The notes under the pieces: generated by a model
The model's input: the letters and a program-made list of their open reading frames with translations, nothing else
Database searches by the model: none
Told to the model about the DNA's origin: nothing
Origin: an uncultured delta proteobacterium
Lineage (GTDB): Bacteria; Desulfobacterota; Binatia; Binatales; Binataceae
Assembly (NCBI GenBank): GCA_963815835.1
Contig: CAWFIF010000001.1
Span: 772,807 to 836,806, forward strand
Direction: 5' to 3'
Length of the DNA: 64,000 bases
Part shown: positions 22,078 through 30,747 of the stretch, piece by piece
Numbering within the stretch: position 1 is the first letter of the stretch
Layout: each line of letters opens with the position of its first letter
Position numbers and translations under genes: made by a program

Positions 22078-22685
22078 AACCGAACGGGCGGCGGGTTGGA
22101 AGTCAGATACCCGGTCTCGTCCGAGTCATCGCGAGGCGGATACTTTCAGAACAAGACGTTCCGGAAACCAAGGTCATCGTATCGATTGGCAGGCCGAGGC
22201 CGGATTCGCAGCACGACTGGGCATGCCCTTTTCTCATCGAAGGCATCAGGGAGTCGAAAGTTCAATTCTCCTACGGCGTCAACGCCATGCAAGCGCTCAT
22301 AATCGCCTTCCAAGTCATTCGAGCCATTATTAAGCAAAGCGGACGGAAACTATTTTGGCTCGGTCCCAAGATGGCAACGCATTTTCCGCTGCTTGTGCCC
22401 ACCTCATTTGGGAAAGCATTCGAGGATCGAGTAGGCCTTGCGATTGAGCGCGAAATCGTCCGCGAATGGCGCACTACTATAAGGAGCCGCAGAGCCAAAA
22501 TTCGAGCGCACGAAATAAAATTGCGACACCAAGGAATCGCGCCCGCGAAAATCGCGCGCACGGTGGCCGAAGGGAAGAGAGACCTCGACGAGTGGGAGGC
22601 CTCTATAAATAAGCTGAAGCCGGGATGGAATCGTCAGGTGCCAACGAACGAACCTCGCCGACGCAAGAGCAAAAGCGGGAGATGA
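22074..22685 (+). CDS. hypothetical protein with highly basic C-terminal tail
   Basis: 203-aa ORF overlapping the rapZ stop by 4 nt. Noticeably lower GC than flanking genes. No recognisable domain. Conserved-looking DWACPFLIEG segment near the N-terminus. Confidence 0.45.
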   Translation: MKPNGRRVGSQIPGLVRVIARRILSEQDVPETKVIVSIGRPRPDSQHDWACPFLIEGIRESKVQFSYGVNAMQALIIAFQVIRAIIKQSGRKLFWLGPKMATHFPLLVPTSFGKAFEDRVGLAIEREIVREWRTTIRSRRAKIRAHEIKLRHQGIAPAKIARTVAEGKRDLDEWEASINKLKPGWNRQVPTNEPRRRKSKSGR

Positions 22686-22706
22686 ATGCTCGGCGATGCC
22701 GAGCAT

Positions 22707-23489
22707 TCAATTCATATTACTGCCGCAATCGACGTTGATGGTCTGGCCCGTCACCCCAGCGCTCACATCCGTCACGAGGAACAACGCGACGCGCGCGACC
22801 TCGTCCTCGGTCGCCATCCGATGCAGCGCCGCGCCCGACAGGAATCCCGCGCGCACCGCCTCGTATGGCTGCCCGAGCGATTCCGCCCGCGCGCGCATCA
22901 CGCGCTCGATGCGATCGCCTTCGATTGCGCCGGGACAAATGCAGTTTACGCGGATGCCGCGCTGACCCCATTCACCGGCCAGCGTTTGCGTCAGTCCAAT
23001 CATCGCCCATTTTGCCGCTGCATATGGCGTGCGAAGTGGATATCCGCGACGTCCCGCGCCCGACGAGATCATCAGGATGTTGCCCGTGCGCGCCTTGTCC
23101 ATCTGCGGAATCACGGCGCGCGAAGCGAGCCATGCGCCGGTCAGATCGATATCGATCACCTCCTGCCATTCGGCGAGGCTCATGTCGGTGATGCGCTTGG
23201 TCGGCCCCGAGATGCCGGCGTTGTTCACGAGAATGTCGACGCGCCCGAATGCCTTGAGCGTTTCGTCGGTCATTTTTTTGCAATCGGCTTCCTTCGCTAC
23301 ATCGGTCTGCACGAAGATCGCCTTGGCGCCGATTTTCTCCAGCTCGGCGCAGGTCTGCTTCATCGGATCGATGGAGCGCGCCGCCAGCGCGATCTTCGCG
23401 CCCGCCGCGCCGTATATGAGCGCGATATGCTTTCCGATTCCGTATCCGCCACCAGTGATGATTGCGACTTTGTCCGAAAGCTCGTTCAT
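22707..23489 (-). CDS. SDR family NAD(P)-dependent oxidoreductase
   Basis: TGGGYGIG Rossmann motif, NNAG motif, catalytic YxxxK (YAAAKWA). Confidence 0.8.
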   Translation of the reverse strand: MNELSDKVAIITGGGYGIGKHIALIYGAAGAKIALAARSIDPMKQTCAELEKIGAKAIFVQTDVAKEADCKKMTDETLKAFGRVDILVNNAGISGPTKRITDMSLAEWQEVIDIDLTGAWLASRAVIPQMDKARTGNILMISSGAGRRGYPLRTPYAAAKWAMIGLTQTLAGEWGQRGIRVNCICPGAIEGDRIERVMRARAESLGQPYEAVRAGFLSGAALHRMATEDEVARVALFLVTDVSAGVTGQTINVDCGSNMN

Positions 23490-23604
23490 GGAAAAGTTTC
23501 CTCGCAGCCCGCGCATCGCCCCAAGCGGGCGCGCGGCCTCAAACGTATATTTTTCGCGACTGTATTAGCATTGAAGGACTTCGACAAACGCGCGCCAGGA
23601 GTTC

Positions 23605-24357
23605 TTGTCTCACCAGCATAACCGCCTCTATCATAAAGCTTTCCAGATGGCTGCGATCAAACCGATAACCGTGCCCCCCGCGAAGCCAGAAGGCGGCGGC
23701 CTCTCTTCCCTCGACCTCGTCAAAATCGCGGCACTCGTCGGGATCGTCGCCGTATTCGGATGGCTACTGTGGGCGCACTCCGAATGGTTTCGCGATCCGC
23801 AATCGGTCAAGCGCGAAGTCGTTCAATGGGGAATTTGGGGACCGATTATCTATATGGTGCTCTATGCGATCGGTCCATCATTCCTGGTACCCGGCGCGGT
23901 GATGACGATCGCAGCCGGTCTCGCATTCGGCACCGCATGGGGGTCGGTGTATTCGCTGATCGGCGCCGATGTTGGCGCGATCGTTGCCTTCGGCGCGGGG
24001 CGATGGCTCGGAAAGTCGTTCGTCGAGCGCATCGTGGGCGAGCGTTTTCATGAAGTGCTGCAAAAAATCGCACGCCACGGCTTCCAGATCATTTTCTATC
24101 TGCGGATGGTTCCCGTCATCCCTTACAACGCGCTGAACCTGCTCGCCGGCGCGTCGCCGATCAAGTTCAAGGATTATTTCTGGGCCTCAATGATCGGGAT
24201 GGTGCCCGGCACGATCTTGTTCGCGTTTCTCGGCGACGCACTATGGCATCCGATGTCGCCTAGATTCGTCCTCGCGCTATTGCTGATCGGGATCAGCGTT
24301 CTGTGCGGCGAAATCTGGCGTCGATGGTCGAAAATCGGCGCCGAAGAACCCCTTTAA
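23605..24357 (+). CDS. TVP38/TMEM64 (DedA-superfamily) membrane protein
   Basis: Polytopic membrane protein with the DedA/SNARE-associated signature (FGxxxG...RMVPVIPYNALNLLAGASPIKFKDYF). Confidence 0.65.
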   Translation: MSHQHNRLYHKAFQMAAIKPITVPPAKPEGGGLSSLDLVKIAALVGIVAVFGWLLWAHSEWFRDPQSVKREVVQWGIWGPIIYMVLYAIGPSFLVPGAVMTIAAGLAFGTAWGSVYSLIGADVGAIVAFGAGRWLGKSFVERIVGERFHEVLQKIARHGFQIIFYLRMVPVIPYNALNLLAGASPIKFKDYFWASMIGMVPGTILFAFLGDALWHPMSPRFVLALLLIGISVLCGEIWRRWSKIGAEEPL

Positions 24358-24421
24358 CGATCCGAAAACTGGCTGCTTCCTTCATTTTCTCTCCTACTGA
24401 GAGAGACAAGAGTGAGGGCGC

Positions 24422-25771
24422 TCAGGTACTCGCAGCCCAGCTTCCGAGCGCGCCGTTGGGATTCATCGGGGAGCGATCCTGCCACGACATCGTGAGCCGC
24501 GCATTGCGATGAATCGGATGCAAGTGCCTTTCGATGATGATGTCGAGGATCCCCGGGATTTCGAAGATGGCGCGATTGTTGAGCGCGCCGACGCGCTCGC
24601 GCAATTGCGCCAGCCGCTGCGGATCGAGCATCGGAACAATCGCCGTCGCAATCTCGGCAAACGAATGGAGCACTACGCCGACGCGATTGCTGACGATCCA
24701 ATCCGTATTGTAACGCTCCTGCACCATTGTCCATGAGTTGCGTTCGACGATCACGGGCAACTGCATCACCAGCGCCTCGCTGATACTGCCCGGCCCAGGT
24801 TTCCCAACGAAGTAGTCGGCAAGATTCATGAAGTAGGGAATCTCGCGTGTGAATCCCTCGATATGAAACGGGTACGGGAGCTCCAGCGCCGAGAGCTGCT
24901 CGCGCAGGCGCTGATTATGCCCGCACACGAAGATTAGTTGCGTCTTCAACCCTGCCGTGGCGACCCGCCTCGCGATCGTGAGCATCTTGCGCGAGCCGTG
25001 TCCGCCGAACATCACGAGGCCGGTGGGCAAATCGGGACGCAGCCCGAGGCGCGTGCGCTCCTGCGCACGATCGACGTGAAGGGGAAGGTAGAACTCGGGA
25101 CGCACGATCATCCCCGAGGTGCGAAAGATTCGTTCGCGCGGATGTCCCATCGCAAGCGCCTGCGCCACCGCGCGCTCCGTCGCACAAGCGAAGTATTGCT
25201 CCTGCCGCTCGATCCAGAAATGGGACGGATAGTCAGCGAGGTCGGTGAGGATGGTCAGCATCGGGGTCGGCACGCGATCGAGTTCATGATCGCTGGCGTG
25301 CAGGCCGTCAAAGATCGCGCGATTGAAGTTGGGAATCAGCGAGACCACCAAATCAGGAGGTGCGCCTTTCCAAAAGCGCGCGAGCAAAGCCGCTGAGGGG
25401 CGATGCATTTGGCGGATCAGCATCTGCACGCCACGCAGCATCGCGCCCGTGCCGAGCGTCATTCCGTAGCGAAGCATAAACCGATTGTAGGCGTCCTCGA
25501 CCCGGACTCGCGCAACTTTTCTGACGATGTCGATCGGCTCGAGCACCTCGCGCAGATTCACCATCCTGACGTCCCACGCACGGCGGTCCCGCCCGAGCAT
25601 CGATTGCAGCGCGGTTGCGCTCGCGCGATGTCCCCCGCCCGCGTCGAAGAAAATCAGATCAACCTTCCTCGGCGCCGATTGCCTATGCGCGTGCGCGAGG
25701 TCGCTATACGCTTCACCACTTCGATCCCATTCGGGCGCAAACAGTTGCCTGACCGGATAAAAACGGCTCAT
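24422..25771 (-). CDS. GT28-family glycosyltransferase, MGDG-synthase-like (diacylglycerol glycosyltransferase)
   Basis: 449 aa with MGDG synthase-like N-terminal domain and GT28 C-terminal domain (VMFGGHGS...LIFVCGHN..ADYFVGKPGPGSISEAL). Confidence 0.65.
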   Translation of the reverse strand: MSRFYPVRQLFAPEWDRSGEAYSDLAHAHRQSAPRKVDLIFFDAGGGHRASATALQSMLGRDRRAWDVRMVNLREVLEPIDIVRKVARVRVEDAYNRFMLRYGMTLGTGAMLRGVQMLIRQMHRPSAALLARFWKGAPPDLVVSLIPNFNRAIFDGLHASDHELDRVPTPMLTILTDLADYPSHFWIERQEQYFACATERAVAQALAMGHPRERIFRTSGMIVRPEFYLPLHVDRAQERTRLGLRPDLPTGLVMFGGHGSRKMLTIARRVATAGLKTQLIFVCGHNQRLREQLSALELPYPFHIEGFTREIPYFMNLADYFVGKPGPGSISEALVMQLPVIVERNSWTMVQERYNTDWIVSNRVGVVLHSFAEIATAIVPMLDPQRLAQLRERVGALNNRAIFEIPGILDIIIERHLHPIHRNARLTMSWQDRSPMNPNGALGSWAAST

Positions 25772-25775
25772 CGCG

Positions 25776-26627
25776 TCAACCTCTCTCTCGAATCATTCTC
25801 GATCTTTCCCATCGCACCAACCGCAGCGCACCGCTCGCTTCTTCGACGAGCGCCGTCTGGCTCTGCACCCAATCGCCGTCGTTGACGTAAAGAATGGGGC
25901 CGATCATGCGATGGTCGGGCTTGTGAGTGTGCCCGCAAATCACGCCATCGACCTTGCGATAGCGCGCAGCGCGCGTCACCTGCTCATCACGGAAATCGAC
26001 CAGGTAATGAACCGCCGATTTGATACCTCGTTTGAAATACAGGCGCGCAGCGCGACGGCGCGAAACTGAGCCGGTGCGCTCGCGGTTGTACCAAAGGTTG
26101 ACGCGCAGCGCGGCGGAGTAGCCGACGCTGCCTATCACCGAAAGCCAGCGCCCGCCATGCAAGGCGCCATCGAATTGATGGCCGTGGGTAATCAGCATCC
26201 GACGGCCTTCCGCGGTGCGATGGACAAAGTCCTCGTGGCATTCAACCGCGCCGAATAACGTGCGCACCATCTCGGTGCTGCGCTCGTCATGATTACCAGG
26301 CATGAAAATCATCCGCGTGCCGCGTCGCCGCCATGCCCAGAGCTCCTCGATCACGGCGGTCTGTGCGGCGTCCCAGCACCATCCCGGCCCTACGTTCCAT
26401 CCGTCGATGACGTCGCCAACCAGGAAAAGATTCTCGGCGCAGTGGCTGCGCAGGAAATCGAGCAGCGATTCGGCTTTACATCGAGCAGTGCCCATATGAA
26501 AATCGGAGATCCAGATCGAGCGGTAATACTTTCGTTCGCGGGGCGACGTGCCTGGCCACGATAGATCGCCGATGGATTGAACCATCGGATGCGACCGTTC
26601 GGTGCCGGGCATACTAAGATCAGCCAT
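25776..26627 (-). CDS. LpxH-like calcineurin-type metallophosphoesterase
   Basis: Metallophosphatase motifs ISDFHMG, GDVIDGWN, GNHDE, GHQFDG, GHTHKPDHR, GDW. Immediately upstream of the GT28 gene with a few-nt overlap. Confidence 0.6.
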   Translation of the reverse strand: MADLSMPGTERSHPMVQSIGDLSWPGTSPRERKYYRSIWISDFHMGTARCKAESLLDFLRSHCAENLFLVGDVIDGWNVGPGWCWDAAQTAVIEELWAWRRRGTRMIFMPGNHDERSTEMVRTLFGAVECHEDFVHRTAEGRRMLITHGHQFDGALHGGRWLSVIGSVGYSAALRVNLWYNRERTGSVSRRRAARLYFKRGIKSAVHYLVDFRDEQVTRAARYRKVDGVICGHTHKPDHRMIGPILYVNDGDWVQSQTALVEEASGALRLVRWERSRMIRERG

Positions 26628-26880
26628 ACGACGCTTCCCCTCGACCTCACCAACACCCACAACGATCAGAGCACGGGCTGTGGAGAAAAGCTGCCGTTTT
26701 CGTTGAATTTTTCGCGAGCGAAACGTTATCGATGTGTTACGTTGGAAGGTGCCTCGAAGAAATGCTTGGTAACTATCGGTCCAATTAGGCGTCTTCGAGG
26801 CAAGCTAGGCTCCGTTGCCGGGAAAACAAAGAGGGCGCCGTATCGACGACGCCCTCTTCTCTCATGCGATGTTCCTTCGC

Positions 26881-28158
26881 TCAGGTGCCGCTGGTCCAGC
26901 TCTCCAGATACTTCCTCTGCTCCGGCGTGAGGCGGTCGATTTTTATTCCCATCGAGGCCAGCTTCAGAGTCGCCACCTCATTTTCGATCTCGAGGGGAAC
27001 GTCATGGACTTTCACCGCAAGCTCGTGATCGCCGGCGGCCCATCGCGAGGCGAGCGCCTGTGTCGCAAAGCTCATGTCCATCACCTGCGCCGGATGGCCT
27101 TCGGCGCACGCGAGGTTGACCAGGCGCCCCTGCCCGAGCAGATAGACCTTGCGCCCGTTGTTCAGATGGAAGACCTCGATCTCGCGCAGGCCCTTGTCAA
27201 CCTTGCTCGCGAGCTTCTTGAGCGCGACGAGATCGATCTCGACATCGAAGTGACCCGAATTACAGACGATCGCGCCGTCTTTCATAAGCTTAATGTGTTC
27301 GGCGCGAATGACTTCGCGATCGCCCGTTACCGTGACAAACACATCGCCGATCTTCGCCGCGTCCGACATCTTCATCACGCGATGGCCATCCATCGCGGCT
27401 TCCAGCGCGCGAATCGGATTCACCTCGGTCACAACCACGCTGGCGCCCAAGCCGTGCGCGCGTGACGCGACGCCGCGCCCGCACCATCCGTAGCCCGCGA
27501 CGACCCAGGTCGAACCCGCGACCAGGATTCCAGTCGAGCGCACGATCGCCTCGACGGTCAACTGTCCGGTGCCGTAGCGATTGTCGAACAGAAACTTGGT
27601 CTGCGCGTCATTGACGGCGACCACCGGGATGCGCAGCGCGCCATCTTTTTCCATCGCGCGCAAGCGGATGACGCCGGTGGTAGTTTCCTCCATGCTGGCG
27701 CGCACTTCACCCGCCTGGTCCTTGAACTCGGTATGCAGGAGGCTCACCAGATCGGCGCCGTCATCCATCGTGATGTTGGGATGACTCTCGAGCACGGCGC
27801 GCAAATGGCTGTAGTAGGTGTCGCGATCCTCGCCATGAATCGCGTAGCAGGGGATGTTGTACTCGCCGACCAGCGCCGCCGCGACGTCGTCCTGCGTCGA
27901 GAGCGGATTGGATGCGCATGCGGTCACCTGCGCGCCACCAGCTTTGAGCGCGCGCAGCAAGTTGCCAGTCTCGGCCGTGATGTGTAGGCACGCGCTCAGC
28001 TTGAGACCCTTTAGCGGCAGCTCTTTCGCGAAGCGCTCGCGGATTTTCCGCAGCACCAGCATCTGCTCGTCGGCCCATTCGATTCGATTCGCTCCGCCCT
28101 TGGCGAGGCCGAGATCCGCAACATCGTAGTCGCGGCTGGCGCGCCGGGCTTTAGGCAT
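26881..28158 (-). CDS. ahcY: adenosylhomocysteinase
   Basis: Typical N-terminus (DYDVADLGLAKGGANRIEWADEQM), NAD-binding GYGWCGRGVA motif, C-terminal conserved KLxxLG region. Confidence 0.9.
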   Translation of the reverse strand: MPKARRASRDYDVADLGLAKGGANRIEWADEQMLVLRKIRERFAKELPLKGLKLSACLHITAETGNLLRALKAGGAQVTACASNPLSTQDDVAAALVGEYNIPCYAIHGEDRDTYYSHLRAVLESHPNITMDDGADLVSLLHTEFKDQAGEVRASMEETTTGVIRLRAMEKDGALRIPVVAVNDAQTKFLFDNRYGTGQLTVEAIVRSTGILVAGSTWVVAGYGWCGRGVASRAHGLGASVVVTEVNPIRALEAAMDGHRVMKMSDAAKIGDVFVTVTGDREVIRAEHIKLMKDGAIVCNSGHFDVEIDLVALKKLASKVDKGLREIEVFHLNNGRKVYLLGQGRLVNLACAEGHPAQVMDMSFATQALASRWAAGDHELAVKVHDVPLEIENEVATLKLASMGIKIDRLTPEQRKYLESWTSGT

Positions 28159-28213
28159 GGCTTTACGCTTGCTGGCTATTGATCCCACCGTAATTTGACT
28201 CCGATATTTCTGC

Positions 28214-29401
28214 TTAGTTCTTGCCGTTGTGCCCGAACGCGGCGCGCATCGCCTCGGCCATATTGGTCTCTTCCCACGGGAAGAGACCGTTGTGCGGCGT
28301 GCGGCCGAAATGTCCGTACGCGGCGGTGGCCTGATAGATAGGACGTTTCAGCGAGAGGGTTCTGATGATGCCGGCGGGGCGGAAATCGAATAGTTCCCGA
28401 ATCGTCGATTCCAGCTTCTTATCGGGAACTTTTCCCGTGTCGAAAGTGTCAACCAGAATCGAAACCGGCTCGGCGACGCCGATCGCATAGGCAACCTGGA
28501 TTTCGCACTTCGTGGCGAGGCCGGCCGCGACTACATTTTTCGCGACGTGACGCGCCATGTAGCAGGCCGAGCGATCGACCTTACTCGGATCCTTGCCCGA
28601 AAAGGCGCCACCGCCATGCCTGCCGTAACCTCCATAGGTATCGACGATGATCTTGCGTCCGGTCAGCCCGCAATCGCCATGCGGTCCGCCAATCACAAAA
28701 CTGCCAGTGGGATTGACGTGGAAAACGGTCGAGCGGTCGAGATATCGTGCGGGGATGGTCTTCTTGATCAGTTCCTCGATGATAACCTCGCGAATCGTCG
28801 AATGGCTGACGTTGGGTTTATGCTGGGTCGAGACGACCACCGCGGTGACCTGCTCGGGACGCCCATCGACGTAGCGCACGGTGACCTGGCTCTTTCCGTC
28901 CGGGCGCAGGAAGTCGAGTTTGTTTTCCTTGCGCAGCTTGGTGAGGTTTTCCATCAGGTGATGCGCGAGCGCGATCGGCAGCGGCATCTGCTCGGGGGTC
29001 TCGTCACATGCGAAGCCGAACATCAGACCCTGATCGCCGGCGCCCTGCTCCTTATGGAGTCCCTCGCCCTCGGTGACGCCCTGCGAGATATCGGCGGACT
29101 GCGGCTCGATTGCCATCAGGACGGCGCAAGTTTTGGCATCGAAGCCGGTTTCGGCATCGTCGTAGCCGATGCCGCGGGCGGTCTCGCGCGCGATGCTCAC
29201 GAAGTCGGGATGCGCGCGGCTGGTAATCTCGCCAGCGAGCACGATGAGGCCGGTTTTGGCGAGCGTTTCGAGGGCGACTCTGGAGTTCGGGTCTTCGGCA
29301 ATCAGCGCATCGAGAACTGCATCCGAAATCTGATCGCACATCTTGTCGGGATGGCCTTCGGAGACCGACTCAGACGTGAACAGAAAATCCTTAAGCGGCA
29401 T
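28214..29401 (-). CDS. metK: S-adenosylmethionine synthetase
   Basis: N-terminal [37 protein letters not shown] and the other MetK signatures. 395 aa. Confidence 0.93.
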   Translation of the reverse strand: MPLKDFLFTSESVSEGHPDKMCDQISDAVLDALIAEDPNSRVALETLAKTGLIVLAGEITSRAHPDFVSIARETARGIGYDDAETGFDAKTCAVLMAIEPQSADISQGVTEGEGLHKEQGAGDQGLMFGFACDETPEQMPLPIALAHHLMENLTKLRKENKLDFLRPDGKSQVTVRYVDGRPEQVTAVVVSTQHKPNVSHSTIREVIIEELIKKTIPARYLDRSTVFHVNPTGSFVIGGPHGDCGLTGRKIIVDTYGGYGRHGGGAFSGKDPSKVDRSACYMARHVAKNVVAAGLATKCEIQVAYAIGVAEPVSILVDTFDTGKVPDKKLESTIRELFDFRPAGIIRTLSLKRPIYQATAAYGHFGRTPHNGLFPWEETNMAEAMRAAFGHNGKN

Positions 29402-29713
29402 TCGCTAGGGCTCCTTGGATAGTTGGCGTCGTGCCATGGCGGCGAACAACAGGCAGCGTGATGTCTCAAGTTTCGGTCCGACTTCGCGAGATCGCGAGTC
29501 GGCGCCAGATGGTGCGCGATGAAATCTGTATCCTCGGCTTGATATGGCGTTTACGTAAAGCGCCCCACGTGTACGCCATTTGCACACGTGGAGCGCCGTT
29601 AATTCAAGATGAGGATGCTATCCTGACCACGCGGTCGGGGTCAAGAATACGTCCGGCCTCGCGCATGGAGCGAGGATCCGTGACGCCAGCGACCGTCGCG
29701 CGTGTACGCGCCT

Positions 29714-30202
29714 CTAGTTGTCGAGCGGATGCTTGAACTTGCGATCGGGGTGACGAATCGTAAGCACTGGGCAAGCGGCCTTCTGTACCACTCGCTCGGC
29801 GACACTGCCCATCAGCACGTGCGCGATCCCAGTGCGTCCGTGGGTGCCCATCACGATCAGGTCGGCGCCCTCGGCTTGTGCCGCATGAATTATCTCGAGA
29901 AAGGGCGAGCCGACCTTCAGCATCGAGCGCGCCTTCAGGCCGGAGTCGCGCATGCGGTTGACGATTTTATCGAGTTCCTTCTGCGCCATCATGCGCTGCT
30001 CTTCCGCGATTCTCGTCATCGCACCGACGTCCATCACCGGACCGATCTCCGGTGACACCATTACCGGTGGGAGCGCCTGGTTGACATGGAGCAGGAGGAT
30101 CTCAGCGCCGAAGCGCCGCGCGATTTCTTCGGCATAACCGATCGCGAGATTGGAATCCTCGGAGAAGTCTGTCGCGGAAACGATCTTGGTGAAGTTCGCC
30201 AC
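29714..30202 (-). CDS. universal stress protein (UspA family); start uncertain
   Basis: USP ATP-binding signature (ADLIVMGTHGRTGIAHVLMGSVAERVVQKAACPVLTIRH). The tabulated ORF extends to 30793 through the Hsp20 gene. GTG at 30202 gives a canonical 162-aa USP. Confidence 0.6.
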   Translation of the reverse strand: MANFTKIVSATDFSEDSNLAIGYAEEIARRFGAEILLLHVNQALPPVMVSPEIGPVMDVGAMTRIAEEQRMMAQKELDKIVNRMRDSGLKARSMLKVGSPFLEIIHAAQAEGADLIVMGTHGRTGIAHVLMGSVAERVVQKAACPVLTIRHPDRKFKHPLDN

Positions 30203-30328
30203 GAGGCGACCATAGCGTTGAGGCTCAACTGTGGCAAGCGGACCTTTGCAGCGCTTGCCGTCATCCAAACCGCGCTGTCCGTCTCGACCAGCAGGTGCGT
30301 GAGGCATTAGAATTGACCGAAGGATTTT

Positions 30329-30709
30329 TTGCGAATGGCAAGACGAGCGGGAATAAGCGTTCTGGATTTCGAGCGGGCGCTCGACGAATTTTTTGACGAG
30401 ATGCTTATCTCGCGATGGCGCCGCACCGCCGATCGCGATGAGTTCGAGAACGCGCAGATCCTCGATCATCCGGATCGCTACGAAGTGCGGATCGCCGTGC
30501 CTAACGTCGATCCCGAGCGCATCGAGATCGATGTCGCGGGTCAGCGTCTCAGCGTGCGCGCGCCGGCCGGCTCGGAGGGCACCTTCGAGACCGCTTACTC
30601 TTTCGCGGTTCCGATCGAGGCCGAGGCGGTCCAGGCGCGATGGACCGATCACACACTTATCGTCATCGTTCCGAAACAGAAGCCCAAACGAATCAAAGTC
30701 AATAACTAA
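30329..30709 (+). CDS. Hsp20/alpha-crystallin family small heat-shock protein
   Basis: 126 aa with alpha-crystallin domain pattern (YEVRIAVPNVDPERIEIDVAGQRLSVRA..) and C-terminal I-x-I/V-like tail (RIKV). Confidence 0.7.
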   Translation: MRMARRAGISVLDFERALDEFFDEMLISRWRRTADRDEFENAQILDHPDRYEVRIAVPNVDPERIEIDVAGQRLSVRAPAGSEGTFETAYSFAVPIEAEAVQARWTDHTLIVIVPKQKPKRIKVNN

Positions 30710-30747
30710 CGAGCGTGCCTCCATCCGCTCTCCAGTGAGACCCTCCC

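Noticed and set aside
22686-23621. 311-aa plus-strand ORF
   Set aside because: It is antisense to the SDR oxidoreductase gene, which has clear Rossmann and YxxxK motifs.
29402-29713. SAM-I riboswitch upstream of metK
   Set aside because: Neither the GGUGGAGGGA nor the GCCAAUUCC core motifs are present on the coding strand of the leader.
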